A DNA stretch of 64,000 nt, from the sequence record NC_070999.1; one strand, given 5' to 3'. How positions within the stretch are numbered: position 1 is the stretch's first letter; the number at the start of each line of letters is the position of its first letter. The notes beneath the pieces were generated by a model. The model searched no databases. It worked only from the letters and a program-made list of their open reading frames with translations, and was not told the DNA's origin. This document shows positions 1 to 10,830 of the stretch, in pieces. A program made the translations under genes and the position numbers.

Positions 1-1620
1 ATGAGTAGACAACCTACTAACTTTACGCTGCTTGATCCTAAAACGTTTCCAATAGAACTCATGTCACCCGTGACAGTAGCTGATTCGTTTGAAGGTCAAA
101 CCACTAACTTGCACGAAGACGGACTCTACTCGACCAGGATCTTTGGTCGAGTAGGTACTGATGAACGAGATAAAACTGAATCTTACATTAATACCTTATT
201 ACCTATTTTTAATCCCACGTATTTTAAAGCATTGGTGCAGTTAAAATCACTTTACTTAGATATAGTAAAGGGTAAGACATATGCTGTATGGGATGAGACA
301 GAACGTGATTTCATAAAATCTAACGTCCTGGAAGGTGATACAGGATTTGCGTTTTTTATGACTCATTTTGGTGAATTAGATCCAAAACCAAATCAGTCTT
401 TTAAACGAACTCAGAAGATCACGCTGGTTAATAATTTCCGTGATCGAGCTTTGAATAAACATATTCCAGTTATTCCAGCAGGTATTCGAGACATTGAAAT
501 CGGACCGACCGGATTAGTTACTGAAAATGAGATAAACGATCTTTATCGTAAATTGATTTTCCGAACTAAGTCACTAACTACGAAAAACCCTGACCCACTT
601 GATCCAGTTTATGACAACATTCACTGGGGGATGCAGGAGTCTTTGAATAACATTGACCAACATCTCTTTGAGTTACAGGAAGGTAAACGAGGATTCATGC
701 AACGTCGAATGAGTCGACGTTCTATCCACTCCGCAACCCGTAACGTAATCGTCTCTCGTAAAGTCTCTGTAGAGAATATGGACGATAATGCTACTGGTGA
801 TCCTAACTCTACTTTTATTGGGATGTACCAAGCACTACTTGGTTATAACCTAGTTGCGACCCATGAACTTCTTAATGGTTTCTTATCTGAAGTATTTACT
901 CCTGGTTTGGATAAAGCACGTTTAGTAGAACCTAAGAGTTTAGAGAGCGCTTACGTAGATGTGGATCCTTACACAGTAGATAAGTTTACTTCCGCTGATG
1001 GGATTGGTAAACTCTTTAATGGTTTTAGTGATCCTAACGTTCGTAACCGTCCTATTAAGGTAGCAGGTCATTACTTAGGTCTACTTTATGATGATGGTAA
1101 AAACGTTTGTTTAGTTCACGATGTAAATGATCTAGGTGAAGGAATGGATAAGAAGTTTCTTCATCCTGTTACCTATATGCAATTCTTTTATATCCAGACA
1201 GTAAAAGCGATTGAAAAGAAGATGTTACAAATTACTCGTTACCCAATTACTGGGATAGGTTCGATTGTACCTACACGAGTGTTTGTTCTTCCAACTACAG
1301 CCACATCAGAATCAAGAACGTTGATTGACATTGATGGTAGTAAGTTGGATAGTTTTCACTTCTTTCCAGTGTGGACTAAAAATCCCAGTTTCTTTGATGG
1401 GATGAGTATTAGTAACGTACGTTTAGCAGCTGCGGGTGGAGATTTTGATGGAGATCAGCTCTCTGCAAACTCAATACAGGCTAAAGATTCAGTAGAAGAA
1501 ATTGAAACTTTGTTTGGTAAACGTATATTCTATATTTCTGGAGCAGGTGACTTTCTATATGACCCTGTACAGGAGCCACACGCATTCCTTTTACGTTCAT
1601 TGACCAATGGATTATCGTAA
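1..1620 (+). CDS. virion RNA polymerase beta' subunit, catalytic part (phiKZ gp180-like)
   Basis: Carries GGDFDGDQ (catalytic DFDGD Mg-binding motif), GLYSxxIFG and GKRGFMQRRM beta'-type motifs; adjacent to a beta subunit. Confidence 0.93.
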   Translation: MSRQPTNFTLLDPKTFPIELMSPVTVADSFEGQTTNLHEDGLYSTRIFGRVGTDERDKTESYINTLLPIFNPTYFKALVQLKSLYLDIVKGKTYAVWDETERDFIKSNVLEGDTGFAFFMTHFGELDPKPNQSFKRTQKITLVNNFRDRALNKHIPVIPAGIRDIEIGPTGLVTENEINDLYRKLIFRTKSLTTKNPDPLDPVYDNIHWGMQESLNNIDQHLFELQEGKRGFMQRRMSRRSIHSATRNVIVSRKVSVENMDDNATGDPNSTFIGMYQALLGYNLVATHELLNGFLSEVFTPGLDKARLVEPKSLESAYVDVDPYTVDKFTSADGIGKLFNGFSDPNVRNRPIKVAGHYLGLLYDDGKNVCLVHDVNDLGEGMDKKFLHPVTYMQFFYIQTVKAIEKKMLQITRYPITGIGSIVPTRVFVLPTTATSESRTLIDIDGSKLDSFHFFPVWTKNPSFFDGMSISNVRLAAAGGDFDGDQLSANSIQAKDSVEEIETLFGKRIFYISGAGDFLYDPVQEPHAFLLRSLTNGLS

Positions 1621-4600
1621 TGCAAGAACATCCAGTAAACTTTGACGAACTTAGCGGACTAGAGGGACTGTTATACTCTCAGTTCGTTAAACTACACGGT
1701 ACGCGAGAACGCGCTAACGATGTAGTGAACCCACGATATCAAGTAGTCGGTGATATCATGTTACCTCGTAATAGTCTCATTCATTACCAGGGAAATATTC
1801 CTGGTGAGTTGGGACCTAGTAACACCGCTGCCTTTATTAGCAACTACGACAAACGTATTAACATCTTTTTTAATGTTAATTATGAAACTCCTCTGGGAAC
1901 AACCAAAATTGTTCCTATTCAGTTAACCAAATTGATTAAGCAATATGAAGGTGGTCATTACCTTTATACTCGTGCCCGTCAATACCAAACTGTAATTCAC
2001 AAAGAAGGTGAATTGCTAGTTAACAACTTAGCCATTGGTAAGATTCCTGTTCAGTATCGCAGACAAACTGTATTCACCCCGTTTCAACGTTCCTATAATG
2101 AGCTATATACATTAATGGAGTCAGTGAATGAGTTTAGTCAATACGATATTCATCAGTTTGTAGAGTTTAAACTCCCTCGCTCGTTCCCTTCTTATAAAAC
2201 GTTAGAGCTTAAATTTGAAAAGTATAAACGTTTCTTTAATAATGAAGGCGTTATTGAGAAGTATGAGAAGGAAGCTTTAAAAGAGTTCCAAGCTGAGGAA
2301 TCTTTCTGGCTATTAGATCTATTTGGTATTCTGATTGGTTTTGAGAATAAGCAATACAGTCTATTTAATCGATTGAATGATCGAGCTAGAAGTCAACTAG
2401 AAATGATCTTTAGTTATAACGGAGTGTGTTGGATTGCTAATCTTCAAACACTGATCAATTTGATTGGGTATGATGATAAACCAGAAGACACTTCTCCCCG
2501 TCCTATTAAGTTTAACTACTTCAAGCGTTTCTACCTTGCTTTGATTTCTCTGGTGAGTCCGCTTTCTGAAGAAGTTGTGGAAGAGAGTTATGAGCAACCA
2601 GAAGAAACCACCAAAGAAGAGGTGGTGGCAGATCGATCGGAAAAAGGAGGGAGAGGATCTGGACGAGAGTCTGAAGAAAAGTCCCCTCTGGTACCTAATA
2701 CTACTCCTGGTGGCTTGGCTGATCTTTATGCCAGCAGTAAGGGAACTACTCCTGCGGTGTCTGATACCTCAGGAACAAAAGGAGAGAAAACTCCTGAAGG
2801 AACACTTCCTGGGAGTTCCGAATCCGAGAACAACTCAGTTCCTACTGAAACCACTGAGAAATCCCCGGAAGAAGAATGGGGTGCTGATATAGACGATAGT
2901 GTCTTTGAACGTGCTAGTATCGAACAAGCCACTATTGTTAACTCTGAAGAAGCTTATTCGCCAGTTAGTACTATCAATCGTATTCTGGAACGTAAAGCAG
3001 CCAGAGGTCAGTTAACAACAAAAGAGAAAGAGTATTACACTAACGCAAGTGTTTCTTATTTAGACATTGAGTTTGGTGGTCATTTACTTTCAGAGATTGT
3101 TGATATCAAACCTGAAGACTTGGTGATGAAACCTAAAACGTTCGCACCTAAGTCAGAAGCTGTTACAGATGAGTCTGTATTGCGCTCTAGAAGCATGGAG
3201 CTCACTAAGGGATATGTAGAACAGTTCCTTGAACGAGATATCATGGGTGCGGTTCTTGCTGTTCAGAACGGCGGCACTGCTTTACTGGATCTGAATCGTG
3301 AAACCATTATCACCGCTGATTCCAAGTACGATGTTTACAAAATGAAACTCCAACCTGTGGATAATGGTAACCAGTCTACCAGACAGTTCCGTTTACCTAA
3401 GGTAGCTTCTGACGGTAGCTTTACTATTAACGGGGTTAAGTCTTACGCTCAGTTAGTACGTATGGATCTTCCGGTTAGAAAGATCAATCCAGTTAAGGTT
3501 GCCATTAGTTCTTATTACGATAAGAAACTGATGATTGAACGTTCTGCTTATAAAGTAGACGATTACAATCATTGGCTTAAGACTAATATCATCCAGAAGA
3601 GTTATGAAGACAAATCCATTACAGTTAAATTAGGTTCATTCAAATCTGAACTTAAAGAGGTGTGTTGGTATTACTCGGTACTTGCTTCTCGTTTTAAAGA
3701 AATAACTGTTGGTGGTTTGGAATTTAACTTCGATACTGAATCCATCTTGGTAAAACACCCTAAATGGAAGAAGTACTGTAAAGGTGATAGTTGGGTCATT
3801 GGTGATGAGCACGGAGTTCCTGTACTAATCGATAACACTGGTTTGGTAATGATCGACGGTGTAGAGAAAGGTTACATTGAAGAGATCCTTCGCTTACCTA
3901 TGGCTAAAGCTCCAGTCCCCACTGCCACTGCGAACATTAATGGATATAAGTTCCCTGTAGTGGTGGTACTCGCTTACTGGATTGGTTTTAGTGAACTAGT
4001 GAAACGTCTCAAACCTACCCATCGTGTTGTTGAGCCAGGTACTCGTCCTATGCTTAATGCTAACGAGTATATTGTTCAGTTTGCTGATGAGCGTTTGATT
4101 CTTGATCGTCGAGATGGACTGAGTACTCTGATCTTCTCAGGACTGAGAAAGTTAGATGGACTAGCCAACTTCTCCAAAGCTCAATTGGATGATCCTAACG
4201 TATGGTTCAGTTTGATTAATGATAGTCGTGTTAAACCGTCCCACTTTAAAGAGATGGATTTGATTTACGATATGTTCATTGATCCTATCACTGCTCGTGA
4301 ATTGGAACGTCGTGGCTATCCTCTCATTATGGATAAACTGATCACCCGGGCTGTGGAAATGCTTCTTAATAACGAAGCAGAACACGAAGTGGAGATTGCT
4401 GAACAGCGTTTGGTTGGTTTCGAGAGATTCCCTGGTCACGTTTATCGTGAACTAGTTAAGTCTACCAGACAGTTTAGGAACAAGCCCAATACTGGTAAGA
4501 AGACCTTTGACCTAAACCCGGAAGCTATCATGATGAATATCCTGACTGATAGCAGTATGCAACCAGTTGAAGAAGTGAATCCGGCTCATCAGATCAAGCA

Positions 4601-5987
4601 ACAGGAAGAAGTTACCTTTGGCGGTACCTTTGGTCGAAGTGATCAAGCGATGGTAAGACGTACTCGTGGTCAATTGCCAAGTTACGCAGGGATCATCTCT
4701 GAAGCCGGTAAGGACTCAGGTAAAGTAGGATTTATCTCTTATCTAACTTCTGACGCCAAGATTGTTGACTATGCTGGTAACGTGGATGTAACTCAAGAAA
4801 CCACTAACGCAGGTCGTGGTTCAGTAACCGCTAACCTACTTTATGGTACAACACGAGATGATAGCAAACGCACTATGTTCTCAGGTGTTCAGCTAAGTCA
4901 ATGGATGGCTACTGATAGTTATGTCGCTAACCCTATTAGAACTCCTTCTGATAGTGTAGTAGCTTATCGTAACTCAGAACTCTATTGTTCTTATGCTAAA
5001 GAGTCGGGTATCGTTACCGCTATTACCGCTGACGGCATGACTGTTAAGTATGATAATGGTAGTGAAGATAAATTCCCACTTGGCTATGAAGTAGGTAAAG
5101 GTGCGGGCGAGTACCACAAACATCTTAAAATCACCGATATGAAAGTTGGTGATAAAGTTGATAAAGGTGATGTACTTGCTTGGGATGATTGTTTCTACAC
5201 TCGGGATTTGACTAATCCAAAACGGATCGTTATTAAACTTGGGACAATGGCACGTATTGCATTAGTAGAAGATCAATTCACATTTGAAGACTCCATAGGT
5301 ATTACCCAGAAGTATGCGGATCTGAATACCACCCCTTACTTGAAAAACAATGCGTTTAAGATCGGCTATGAACAAGCTATTAAACTCTACGTTAAGGTCG
5401 GTGACAAGGTTGAGTATGATCAAGTACTAGCTGATGTGATGGATCCTTCTTCCGCTATGTTCGAAGAGGAAGGTACTAACTCTATTGCTGGTTTAGATCG
5501 TCTTGGTATTAAACAGATCAAAGCTAAGCAAGCTGGAGTGATTACCAAGATCGACGTTATTTATAATGGTGATCTTGATACAGCTGAGGAGTCTTTGAAG
5601 ACGTTTATCCAAGAGCAAGATAAGCTACGTGCCAAGAAAGCTAAGTTCCGGGAGCTTGCTGCTGATAATGGTAACGTAGGTGGTAACACCTCAGTAGGTA
5701 AATCTAAGGTTTATCCTAACACTGCTTCTGTTACTATTACCATTGAGAGTAAACTCACCACCACCACTGCTGATAAGTTCGTAGCAGGTAACCAGATGAA
5801 AGGCACGGTAGGGTTCATTTACCCAGATCCTATCTATACTGTCGATGGTCGAGAAGTTGATGTTAAGTTCTCTTTGAAGTCTTTGCTTAACCGAATGGTT
5901 TTGAGTCTTCGTGATAAACTGGTAGCTAATGAATTGAACCATGTTTACACTAGTCGCATGATGAAGAAATATGGGAGATATGAATAA
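1620..5987 (+). CDS. virion RNA polymerase beta subunit (phiKZ gp178-like)
   Basis: 1455 aa; C-terminal beta motifs (TFEDSIG, DKFVAGNQMKG equivalent to GDK..GRHGNKG); TAATG coupling to the beta' gene; size and synteny match phiKZ-like phages. Confidence 0.9.
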   Translation: MQEHPVNFDELSGLEGLLYSQFVKLHGTRERANDVVNPRYQVVGDIMLPRNSLIHYQGNIPGELGPSNTAAFISNYDKRINIFFNVNYETPLGTTKIVPIQLTKLIKQYEGGHYLYTRARQYQTVIHKEGELLVNNLAIGKIPVQYRRQTVFTPFQRSYNELYTLMESVNEFSQYDIHQFVEFKLPRSFPSYKTLELKFEKYKRFFNNEGVIEKYEKEALKEFQAEESFWLLDLFGILIGFENKQYSLFNRLNDRARSQLEMIFSYNGVCWIANLQTLINLIGYDDKPEDTSPRPIKFNYFKRFYLALISLVSPLSEEVVEESYEQPEETTKEEVVADRSEKGGRGSGRESEEKSPLVPNTTPGGLADLYASSKGTTPAVSDTSGTKGEKTPEGTLPGSSESENNSVPTETTEKSPEEEWGADIDDSVFERASIEQATIVNSEEAYSPVSTINRILERKAARGQLTTKEKEYYTNASVSYLDIEFGGHLLSEIVDIKPEDLVMKPKTFAPKSEAVTDESVLRSRSMELTKGYVEQFLERDIMGAVLAVQNGGTALLDLNRETIITADSKYDVYKMKLQPVDNGNQSTRQFRLPKVASDGSFTINGVKSYAQLVRMDLPVRKINPVKVAISSYYDKKLMIERSAYKVDDYNHWLKTNIIQKSYEDKSITVKLGSFKSELKEVCWYYSVLASRFKEITVGGLEFNFDTESILVKHPKWKKYCKGDSWVIGDEHGVPVLIDNTGLVMIDGVEKGYIEEILRLPMAKAPVPTATANINGYKFPVVVVLAYWIGFSELVKRLKPTHRVVEPGTRPMLNANEYIVQFADERLILDRRDGLSTLIFSGLRKLDGLANFSKAQLDDPNVWFSLINDSRVKPSHFKEMDLIYDMFIDPITARELERRGYPLIMDKLITRAVEMLLNNEAEHEVEIAEQRLVGFERFPGHVYRELVKSTRQFRNKPNTGKKTFDLNPEAIMMNILTDSSMQPVEEVNPAHQIKQQEEVTFGGTFGRSDQAMVRRTRGQLPSYAGIISEAGKDSGKVGFISYLTSDAKIVDYAGNVDVTQETTNAGRGSVTANLLYGTTRDDSKRTMFSGVQLSQWMATDSYVANPIRTPSDSVVAYRNSELYCSYAKESGIVTAITADGMTVKYDNGSEDKFPLGYEVGKGAGEYHKHLKITDMKVGDKVDKGDVLAWDDCFYTRDLTNPKRIVIKLGTMARIALVEDQFTFEDSIGITQKYADLNTTPYLKNNAFKIGYEQAIKLYVKVGDKVEYDQVLADVMDPSSAMFEEEGTNSIAGLDRLGIKQIKAKQAGVITKIDVIYNGDLDTAEESLKTFIQEQDKLRAKKAKFRELAADNGNVGGNTSVGKSKVYPNTASVTITIESKLTTTTADKFVAGNQMKGTVGFIYPDPIYTVDGREVDVKFSLKSLLNRMVLSLRDKLVANELNHVYTSRMMKKYGRYE

Positions 5988-6857
5988 ATGACTAACACTA
6001 ACAAAGAAGTGTTTGGGTTAAAAACTATCCAATCACTTTTTCGGGAAGTTGGTCTCTATGGAGGGCGCATAGACGCCCTCTTTGGGACTGGTTGTGTAAA
6101 CGCCATGCATAACGTTGTTAAGCATGTTAATCCTAACTACAACCCGATTGTAGCTGTTCCTACTTACTTGGCTAGTGATGTGTTTAAGTGGGTTCAAGAA
6201 TACCTTGTGCGAGCAGGTAAGGTGCCTACTGGGTTTAAGGTAGATGGAAAGTGGGGACCCGCTAGTAAAGGCGAGTTAGAAAAACTCTGTAACATCTATG
6301 CTCAGGATAATAACCTTCCTCAATATAGTTACGCATGGACTAGCCACAAGAACTTAACTCCTGAAGTAATTAAGAAAGTTGAAGACTGGATGGTGAAGTG
6401 GGGTAAGCCATTAGATCATGTAAGTTATCTTTTTAGTTGTTTTGCTTTGGAGACTGGACGTACTTTTGATCCTGCTGCTTTGAATAAACATAGCAAAGCT
6501 AGAGGTCTTATCCAATTCATGCCAAATGGGTCTATGAAAGATCTTGGCGTGACTGACGATCAGTTAAAGGTCATGTCAGTGTTTGAACAACTTGACTGGG
6601 TTTTCAAATACTTTGAAAAGTACAGCTATATCAAGAAGTGTAACTGTCTTGAAGATTATTACCTCTCTATTTTCTATCCTGCTCATGTCGGTAAAGATCC
6701 TAACTTGGTAGTTGGTACCAAGGGAACTAAACTCTACGAGCAAAACTCCGGGTTTGATTCCGAGAAGAAAGGTTTTTACACCGTTGGTGATATTGCTTCG
6801 GCGATTACTACTTTCTATTGGGAAGGTATGGATCCAAAACTTCGTCTTGCTAAATAA
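5988..6857 (+). CDS. peptidoglycan-binding domain plus lytic transglycosylase (modular endolysin-like)
   Basis: N-terminal repeats of PG-binding type (IDALFGTG, VDGKWGP); C-terminal SLT-like motifs LETGRTFDP and ARGLIQFMP. Confidence 0.8.
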   Translation: MTNTNKEVFGLKTIQSLFREVGLYGGRIDALFGTGCVNAMHNVVKHVNPNYNPIVAVPTYLASDVFKWVQEYLVRAGKVPTGFKVDGKWGPASKGELEKLCNIYAQDNNLPQYSYAWTSHKNLTPEVIKKVEDWMVKWGKPLDHVSYLFSCFALETGRTFDPAALNKHSKARGLIQFMPNGSMKDLGVTDDQLKVMSVFEQLDWVFKYFEKYSYIKKCNCLEDYYLSIFYPAHVGKDPNLVVGTKGTKLYEQNSGFDSEKKGFYTVGDIASAITTFYWEGMDPKLRLAK

Positions 6858-6866
6858 GGTATTCTC

Positions 6867-7031
6867 ATGGAAAACACTGTCGACAACATCATTACGTTGT
6901 CTAATATGTACGAGGTCGTTTCACAGACCTTGAAGAAAGTAGGTTACGAGTTCCAAGCTCCCTTGAGCGAAGTTGAGGAACAAGAAGTAATCTCCCGTCA
7001 AATCAAATCTGCTGTATTGGGAGAAGAATAA
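6867..7031 (+). CDS. small hypothetical protein, 54 aa (MENTVDNIITLSNMYEVV...), absent from the ORF track
   Basis: AAGG SD before ATG 6867; open frame to TAA 7029-7031, which overlaps the next ATG (TAATG); fills the intergenic gap. Confidence 0.7.
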   Translation: MENTVDNIITLSNMYEVVSQTLKKVGYEFQAPLSEVEEQEVISRQIKSAVLGEE

Positions 7032-8551
7032 TGATTCCTCAAAGCACTATTCTAGTTGTTACTCCTATCGCAATGGAAGCAGACCAGAAAGGTACTGTAT
7101 TGTCAGAAGGTAGTTCTGATATCATCAAGGGCCTGAACGACACTACGGCGTCTCTGGGTGGATTCACTCCTGACAACATTGCAACTGAACTCCCTGATTA
7201 CACCAAACTTGTTCCTGAACACACTGAAGTAATGGAAATGGTTTCTACTAAGCTGGCAGAAATCATTCGTAGTTCTCTGTACGTAATTAGTAAATACGTT
7301 AAACCTATTTTGAAGGAAGCGGATCACGAAATCGCTCGTAATCTGAATGTTCAGAATGTGGTCGATCTCTCATTTGACTATCTGAATGTCAAAATGGTTA
7401 ACATGGAACCGGATTTCCTTAACTCTCCGTTCTGTCCAACCGAACTTCCTAATACCTTGAAGGAAACTTCCAAAGTAGCACTTAATGAACTACTTAAAGG
7501 TAATTGGGCTGATGACAAAACTGGTGAAGAACTGATTGATCTGATCCGTGTTGATTCTGGTGTTCTTTATACTTTCTTTGAAAGTCCTGATGAAGTACTG
7601 GAAGTGTATCGCCGGATCTTTGTTAATAAAGCTTGGCATGACTTCTTTAGTAGCGCCGGTATTCAGAATGGTGTTGTTGATGTCATGCATCAAGATAGTT
7701 ACCATATTGGTAAATTCCGTGCTATTGTTATTGCCAACTTGTTGGTAAATAAACTGTGCGCCATGGAGGATCCGATGGAAGGTGTAACTGGTGTTAGTCT
7801 GGTTGACTATCGTGGTTCCCTTGCTATGACTCGTGATATCCTGTCTGGTTCATTGGTACGTTTCCGTAACATTTGGTTGGGTCAGGCCGCTAGCGGTATT
7901 GTAATCGTTGATGGTGACGTTAAGTATACAGAAGCTAACTGGGGTTTACTCAACGGCACTAAACTTCTTACTGGTAACGTTACTGTCGGTTACAATAACA
8001 AAGTCCTGGGTCTCTTTAGTGAAGCTTCAAGTTACAGTCTGTCTGAATACGTTCTTGGTTATCTGTATGCTAAAGAACGCGGGTATCGTGTTAAAGATAT
8101 CATGACCGACGCTAATGTAATTGAAGATGCACTGAGAGAATACCAGCAAGATCTTACTACTCGTCTTTATGACAACCTTCAGAAAGTCTCTAAGGAATCT
8201 TTCATTACTGCGATTAAGCGTATGGAGATGCACGAGAACTTTGAAAGTGTTGTTAACACTATGGACGAAAGTGTTCCTAAAGGTGTTCGTATTCTTAGCA
8301 AACTTCAAGAAGCGATGAACCTTAATGATTTCTTCGGTAATCCGATGATGATCGAGGACATCTGTAAAGGCAAACGTTCCCTGCTTCAAACTGGTATGGC
8401 TAAAGAACTCTGTCTGGTATTTGGTTCAGAGATCGCAGCCGAAATCCTGTTGGAGAATGCTAAAGGCGAACCAGGTCCAGTAGAACATCAGCGTAAAGTT
8501 CTCACTGGTGCGATTATCAAAGCGATTATCAAACGGATCTATACCAAGTGA
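7031..8551 (+). CDS. virion structural protein (phiKZ gp177-like by synteny)
   Basis: 506-aa ORF in the conserved vRNAP-to-protease operon; overlapping start/stop junctions. Confidence 0.6.
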   Translation: MIPQSTILVVTPIAMEADQKGTVLSEGSSDIIKGLNDTTASLGGFTPDNIATELPDYTKLVPEHTEVMEMVSTKLAEIIRSSLYVISKYVKPILKEADHEIARNLNVQNVVDLSFDYLNVKMVNMEPDFLNSPFCPTELPNTLKETSKVALNELLKGNWADDKTGEELIDLIRVDSGVLYTFFESPDEVLEVYRRIFVNKAWHDFFSSAGIQNGVVDVMHQDSYHIGKFRAIVIANLLVNKLCAMEDPMEGVTGVSLVDYRGSLAMTRDILSGSLVRFRNIWLGQAASGIVIVDGDVKYTEANWGLLNGTKLLTGNVTVGYNNKVLGLFSEASSYSLSEYVLGYLYAKERGYRVKDIMTDANVIEDALREYQQDLTTRLYDNLQKVSKESFITAIKRMEMHENFESVVNTMDESVPKGVRILSKLQEAMNLNDFFGNPMMIEDICKGKRSLLQTGMAKELCLVFGSEIAAEILLENAKGEPGPVEHQRKVLTGAIIKAIIKRIYTK

Positions 8552-9294
8552 TCGAATTCGATAAGCTGAAGAAAGACACAGGGCGGATTAATTCCGCCCT
8601 TAAAGTCATGCCTGATAATACGGTCGTTGCTCTTAAGAAGATGACGTGTTACATTCCTAAGCGTTTCGAACAATCTGGTTTGGCTGAAGTTGGTGATTCG
8701 GTAAATACAATTATGGCAGTCGGGGTGGTGGTCGATGACTACTATTCTTGCTTTGGTTCTCTGACACGGTTTAGCATGAAACCCGGTGATACTTCTGAGG
8801 AAGTTATTAAAGGTGAACGTTACTATGTCATGCATTTTGAACCGGGTGATGTTGTTATTGAAAACATCTTTGTTCCGCAGGACGCTAACCTGATCTATTA
8901 CTTCTATTTGGAATTCATCAAATACGCTCGTTATCCATGGTATATGGATGAAAGTGTACTATTGAATATCTTTGATGAAAGTTCTTATTTTGCAGGTAAG
9001 AAAGTCGGTAGTTCTGCTCAAGTACTCAGAGTGTTGTTTTCGTTAACAATGCGAGATCCTGTCAACTTGGATATTCCGTTTCGTTATTCCCCGCAGTTTA
9101 AAGATCTCTCCGTGAAACCTCGTATCATCGGTATTAACAACCCGGGTCAACTACTTAATAGCACATTTAGTAGATTGTCTTCAGGTTATATGTCTGATAA
9201 CATTGTCAGTGGTATTCTTAACCCAGATACACAGATGACAACGTTGGAAGAGGTGATCCGTGGTCTTCCTGAAGAGTATGGAGAGTTACAATGA
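8548..9294 (+). CDS. virion structural protein (phiKZ gp176-like by synteny)
   Basis: 248-aa ORF with GTGA overlap, directly upstream of the prohead protease. Confidence 0.6.
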   Translation: MIEFDKLKKDTGRINSALKVMPDNTVVALKKMTCYIPKRFEQSGLAEVGDSVNTIMAVGVVVDDYYSCFGSLTRFSMKPGDTSEEVIKGERYYVMHFEPGDVVIENIFVPQDANLIYYFYLEFIKYARYPWYMDESVLLNIFDESSYFAGKKVGSSAQVLRVLFSLTMRDPVNLDIPFRYSPQFKDLSVKPRIIGINNPGQLLNSTFSRLSSGYMSDNIVSGILNPDTQMTTLEEVIRGLPEEYGELQ

Positions 9295-10145
9295 GTGAAA
9301 TTAGCTTTGGGAATATCGTTCTAGCTAATAGTGGTAAAAAAGGTATTCTCAAACCAAACTCAGATGGTATTTACCGTTTGAATGCCGGTGGGTTTAATAT
9401 CCCTAATCACGCTGGTATTGTTTATCCTGCTAACAAATATATTCGTGAACAGATGGAAGCTAATAGCGACCTTAACCGTCGTGTTAGCATGGGTTATTGC
9501 TTGATGGAACGCGAACATCCGCAACCTTTCTTCTATGTAGAAGAGAACGGTGTTCGTTATCGTAAAGCAATGACATCTGTTCTCGAGTGGATTAATCGTC
9601 TTCGTAGTTATGACGACGATAATGTTTGTGGTTTAATTACAAAGGTAATCTTCCGTCCAGAAAACCCTAATAATCTTTCAGCTCCTATTTGGAATGAAAT
9701 TGATTGTAAACCATTTGGGAAACGGGCAGAAGAGTTTAGAGAATCTTTGGAAACTCCTGAACATAACACTGCCGTAAGTATTCGTACTCAGATTTCTCCA
9801 TTTAAGCCTGGTGAAACTCGTAAAGAAGTGGAATACTGGACAGGGTATGACTGGGTAAAGGAACCTGGGTTCTTACATGCTAATAAGCACATGACAGCTG
9901 GTTGTGAGTCCATGCTTTCTGATTTTAATCTGGGGATGGATAACGTCATTAAGTTCAAAGCTTCTGATGTTATTGAACAGATTGATAACCAACTAGCTCT
10001 TGCTGCTAATAGTGACTTTGAACTCCAACGTGTAGGTGGTATGGAATCACTTAACATGATGAAGGGTATGGTAGAAGCTGTTAAACGCAATTACAAGTCT
10101 GGTGACATAGCACGTATTGGTGTTTCTTTTAGCGACGTATTCTAA
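9291..10145 (+). CDS. prohead (head maturation) serine protease (phiKZ gp175-like)
   Basis: Motifs EREHP (catalytic His), AVSIR (Ser) and TGYDWVKEPG; C-terminal self-cleavage-like AGCES and GGMES sites. Confidence 0.85.
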   Translation: MSEISFGNIVLANSGKKGILKPNSDGIYRLNAGGFNIPNHAGIVYPANKYIREQMEANSDLNRRVSMGYCLMEREHPQPFFYVEENGVRYRKAMTSVLEWINRLRSYDDDNVCGLITKVIFRPENPNNLSAPIWNEIDCKPFGKRAEEFRESLETPEHNTAVSIRTQISPFKPGETRKEVEYWTGYDWVKEPGFLHANKHMTAGCESMLSDFNLGMDNVIKFKASDVIEQIDNQLALAANSDFELQRVGGMESLNMMKGMVEAVKRNYKSGDIARIGVSFSDVF

Positions 10146-10149
10146 TATT

Positions 10150-10179
10150 ACCTACTTCTCCTTAATTGGGGAAGTAGGT
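10150..10179 (+). terminator. intrinsic terminator of the vRNAP/protease operon
   Basis: ACCTACTTCTCC-TTAATT-GGGGAAGTAGGT hairpin followed by a T-rich tract. Confidence 0.85.
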
Positions 10180-10253
10180 TTATTTATGTTTTTACTCTGT
10201 TTGACATTTATCGTAGAGCTATTTCACTTAATATATCCATCAGGAGTTTTCTA

Positions 10254-10811
10254 ATGCATTTTAATCTGGAAGTTATTCGTCGTTACACTCATGCTATTGA
10301 ATTCGTAGAACAAGCCTTTACTATTGAGAATACCTTTAAGGAAATGATTCCTGTTTGGGAGAAGCTTCTTTCCGAGGATGGAAGCTCTATTATTGTTCGT
10401 GAAACACTAACACGTTCTAAAGCTCAATTGGTTCAATTGTACGCTCGTGATCTGATGAAATATGTAAACTCTATTATCGGGTTGACTCTGTTCCCTATTA
10501 CTCAAGAAGATATCAAGGTAGGTAACTGGCGAGTAGATTCCATTATTCTCCAGATCGCTAGTAATGAGATTAAAGATCATCGTCATTTGTTTGATTTGAT
10601 GATGACTAACTTGTATGGTGTTCCTACTGTAATGTTTGAGTTTAGTAAGGAAAAGAGTTCTACTATTCTCGCCAAGTATCTAGAGAGCACTTTCCAAGGT
10701 ATTAAACTTCAATATGATGAAACAAGAGAAGTTTCTTTGGTAGGTTTGGAAGACAAACTGGTTAGTTATCTGAACTCTGAAGAAGTTGAAACGGTTATCA
10801 CTTTGAACTAA
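10254..10811 (+). CDS. hypothetical protein
   Basis: 185-aa ORF with AGGAG SD. Confidence 0.7.
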   Translation: MHFNLEVIRRYTHAIEFVEQAFTIENTFKEMIPVWEKLLSEDGSSIIVRETLTRSKAQLVQLYARDLMKYVNSIIGLTLFPITQEDIKVGNWRVDSIILQIASNEIKDHRHLFDLMMTNLYGVPTVMFEFSKEKSSTILAKYLESTFQGIKLQYDETREVSLVGLEDKLVSYLNSEEVETVITLN

Positions 10812-10830
10812 TTAACAGTTTCATGTAACT

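Noticed and set aside
2397-4439. Short alternative-frame and antisense ORFs within the vRNAP beta gene (2397-2597, 2575-2892, 2726-2932, 4161-4439)
   Set aside because: Fully nested in a conserved essential gene; low-complexity translations; no SD support.
1-5987. Possible introns or inteins in the vRNAP genes, which are common in these phages
   Set aside because: Both ORFs are continuous, of the expected size, and lack intein or homing endonuclease motifs.
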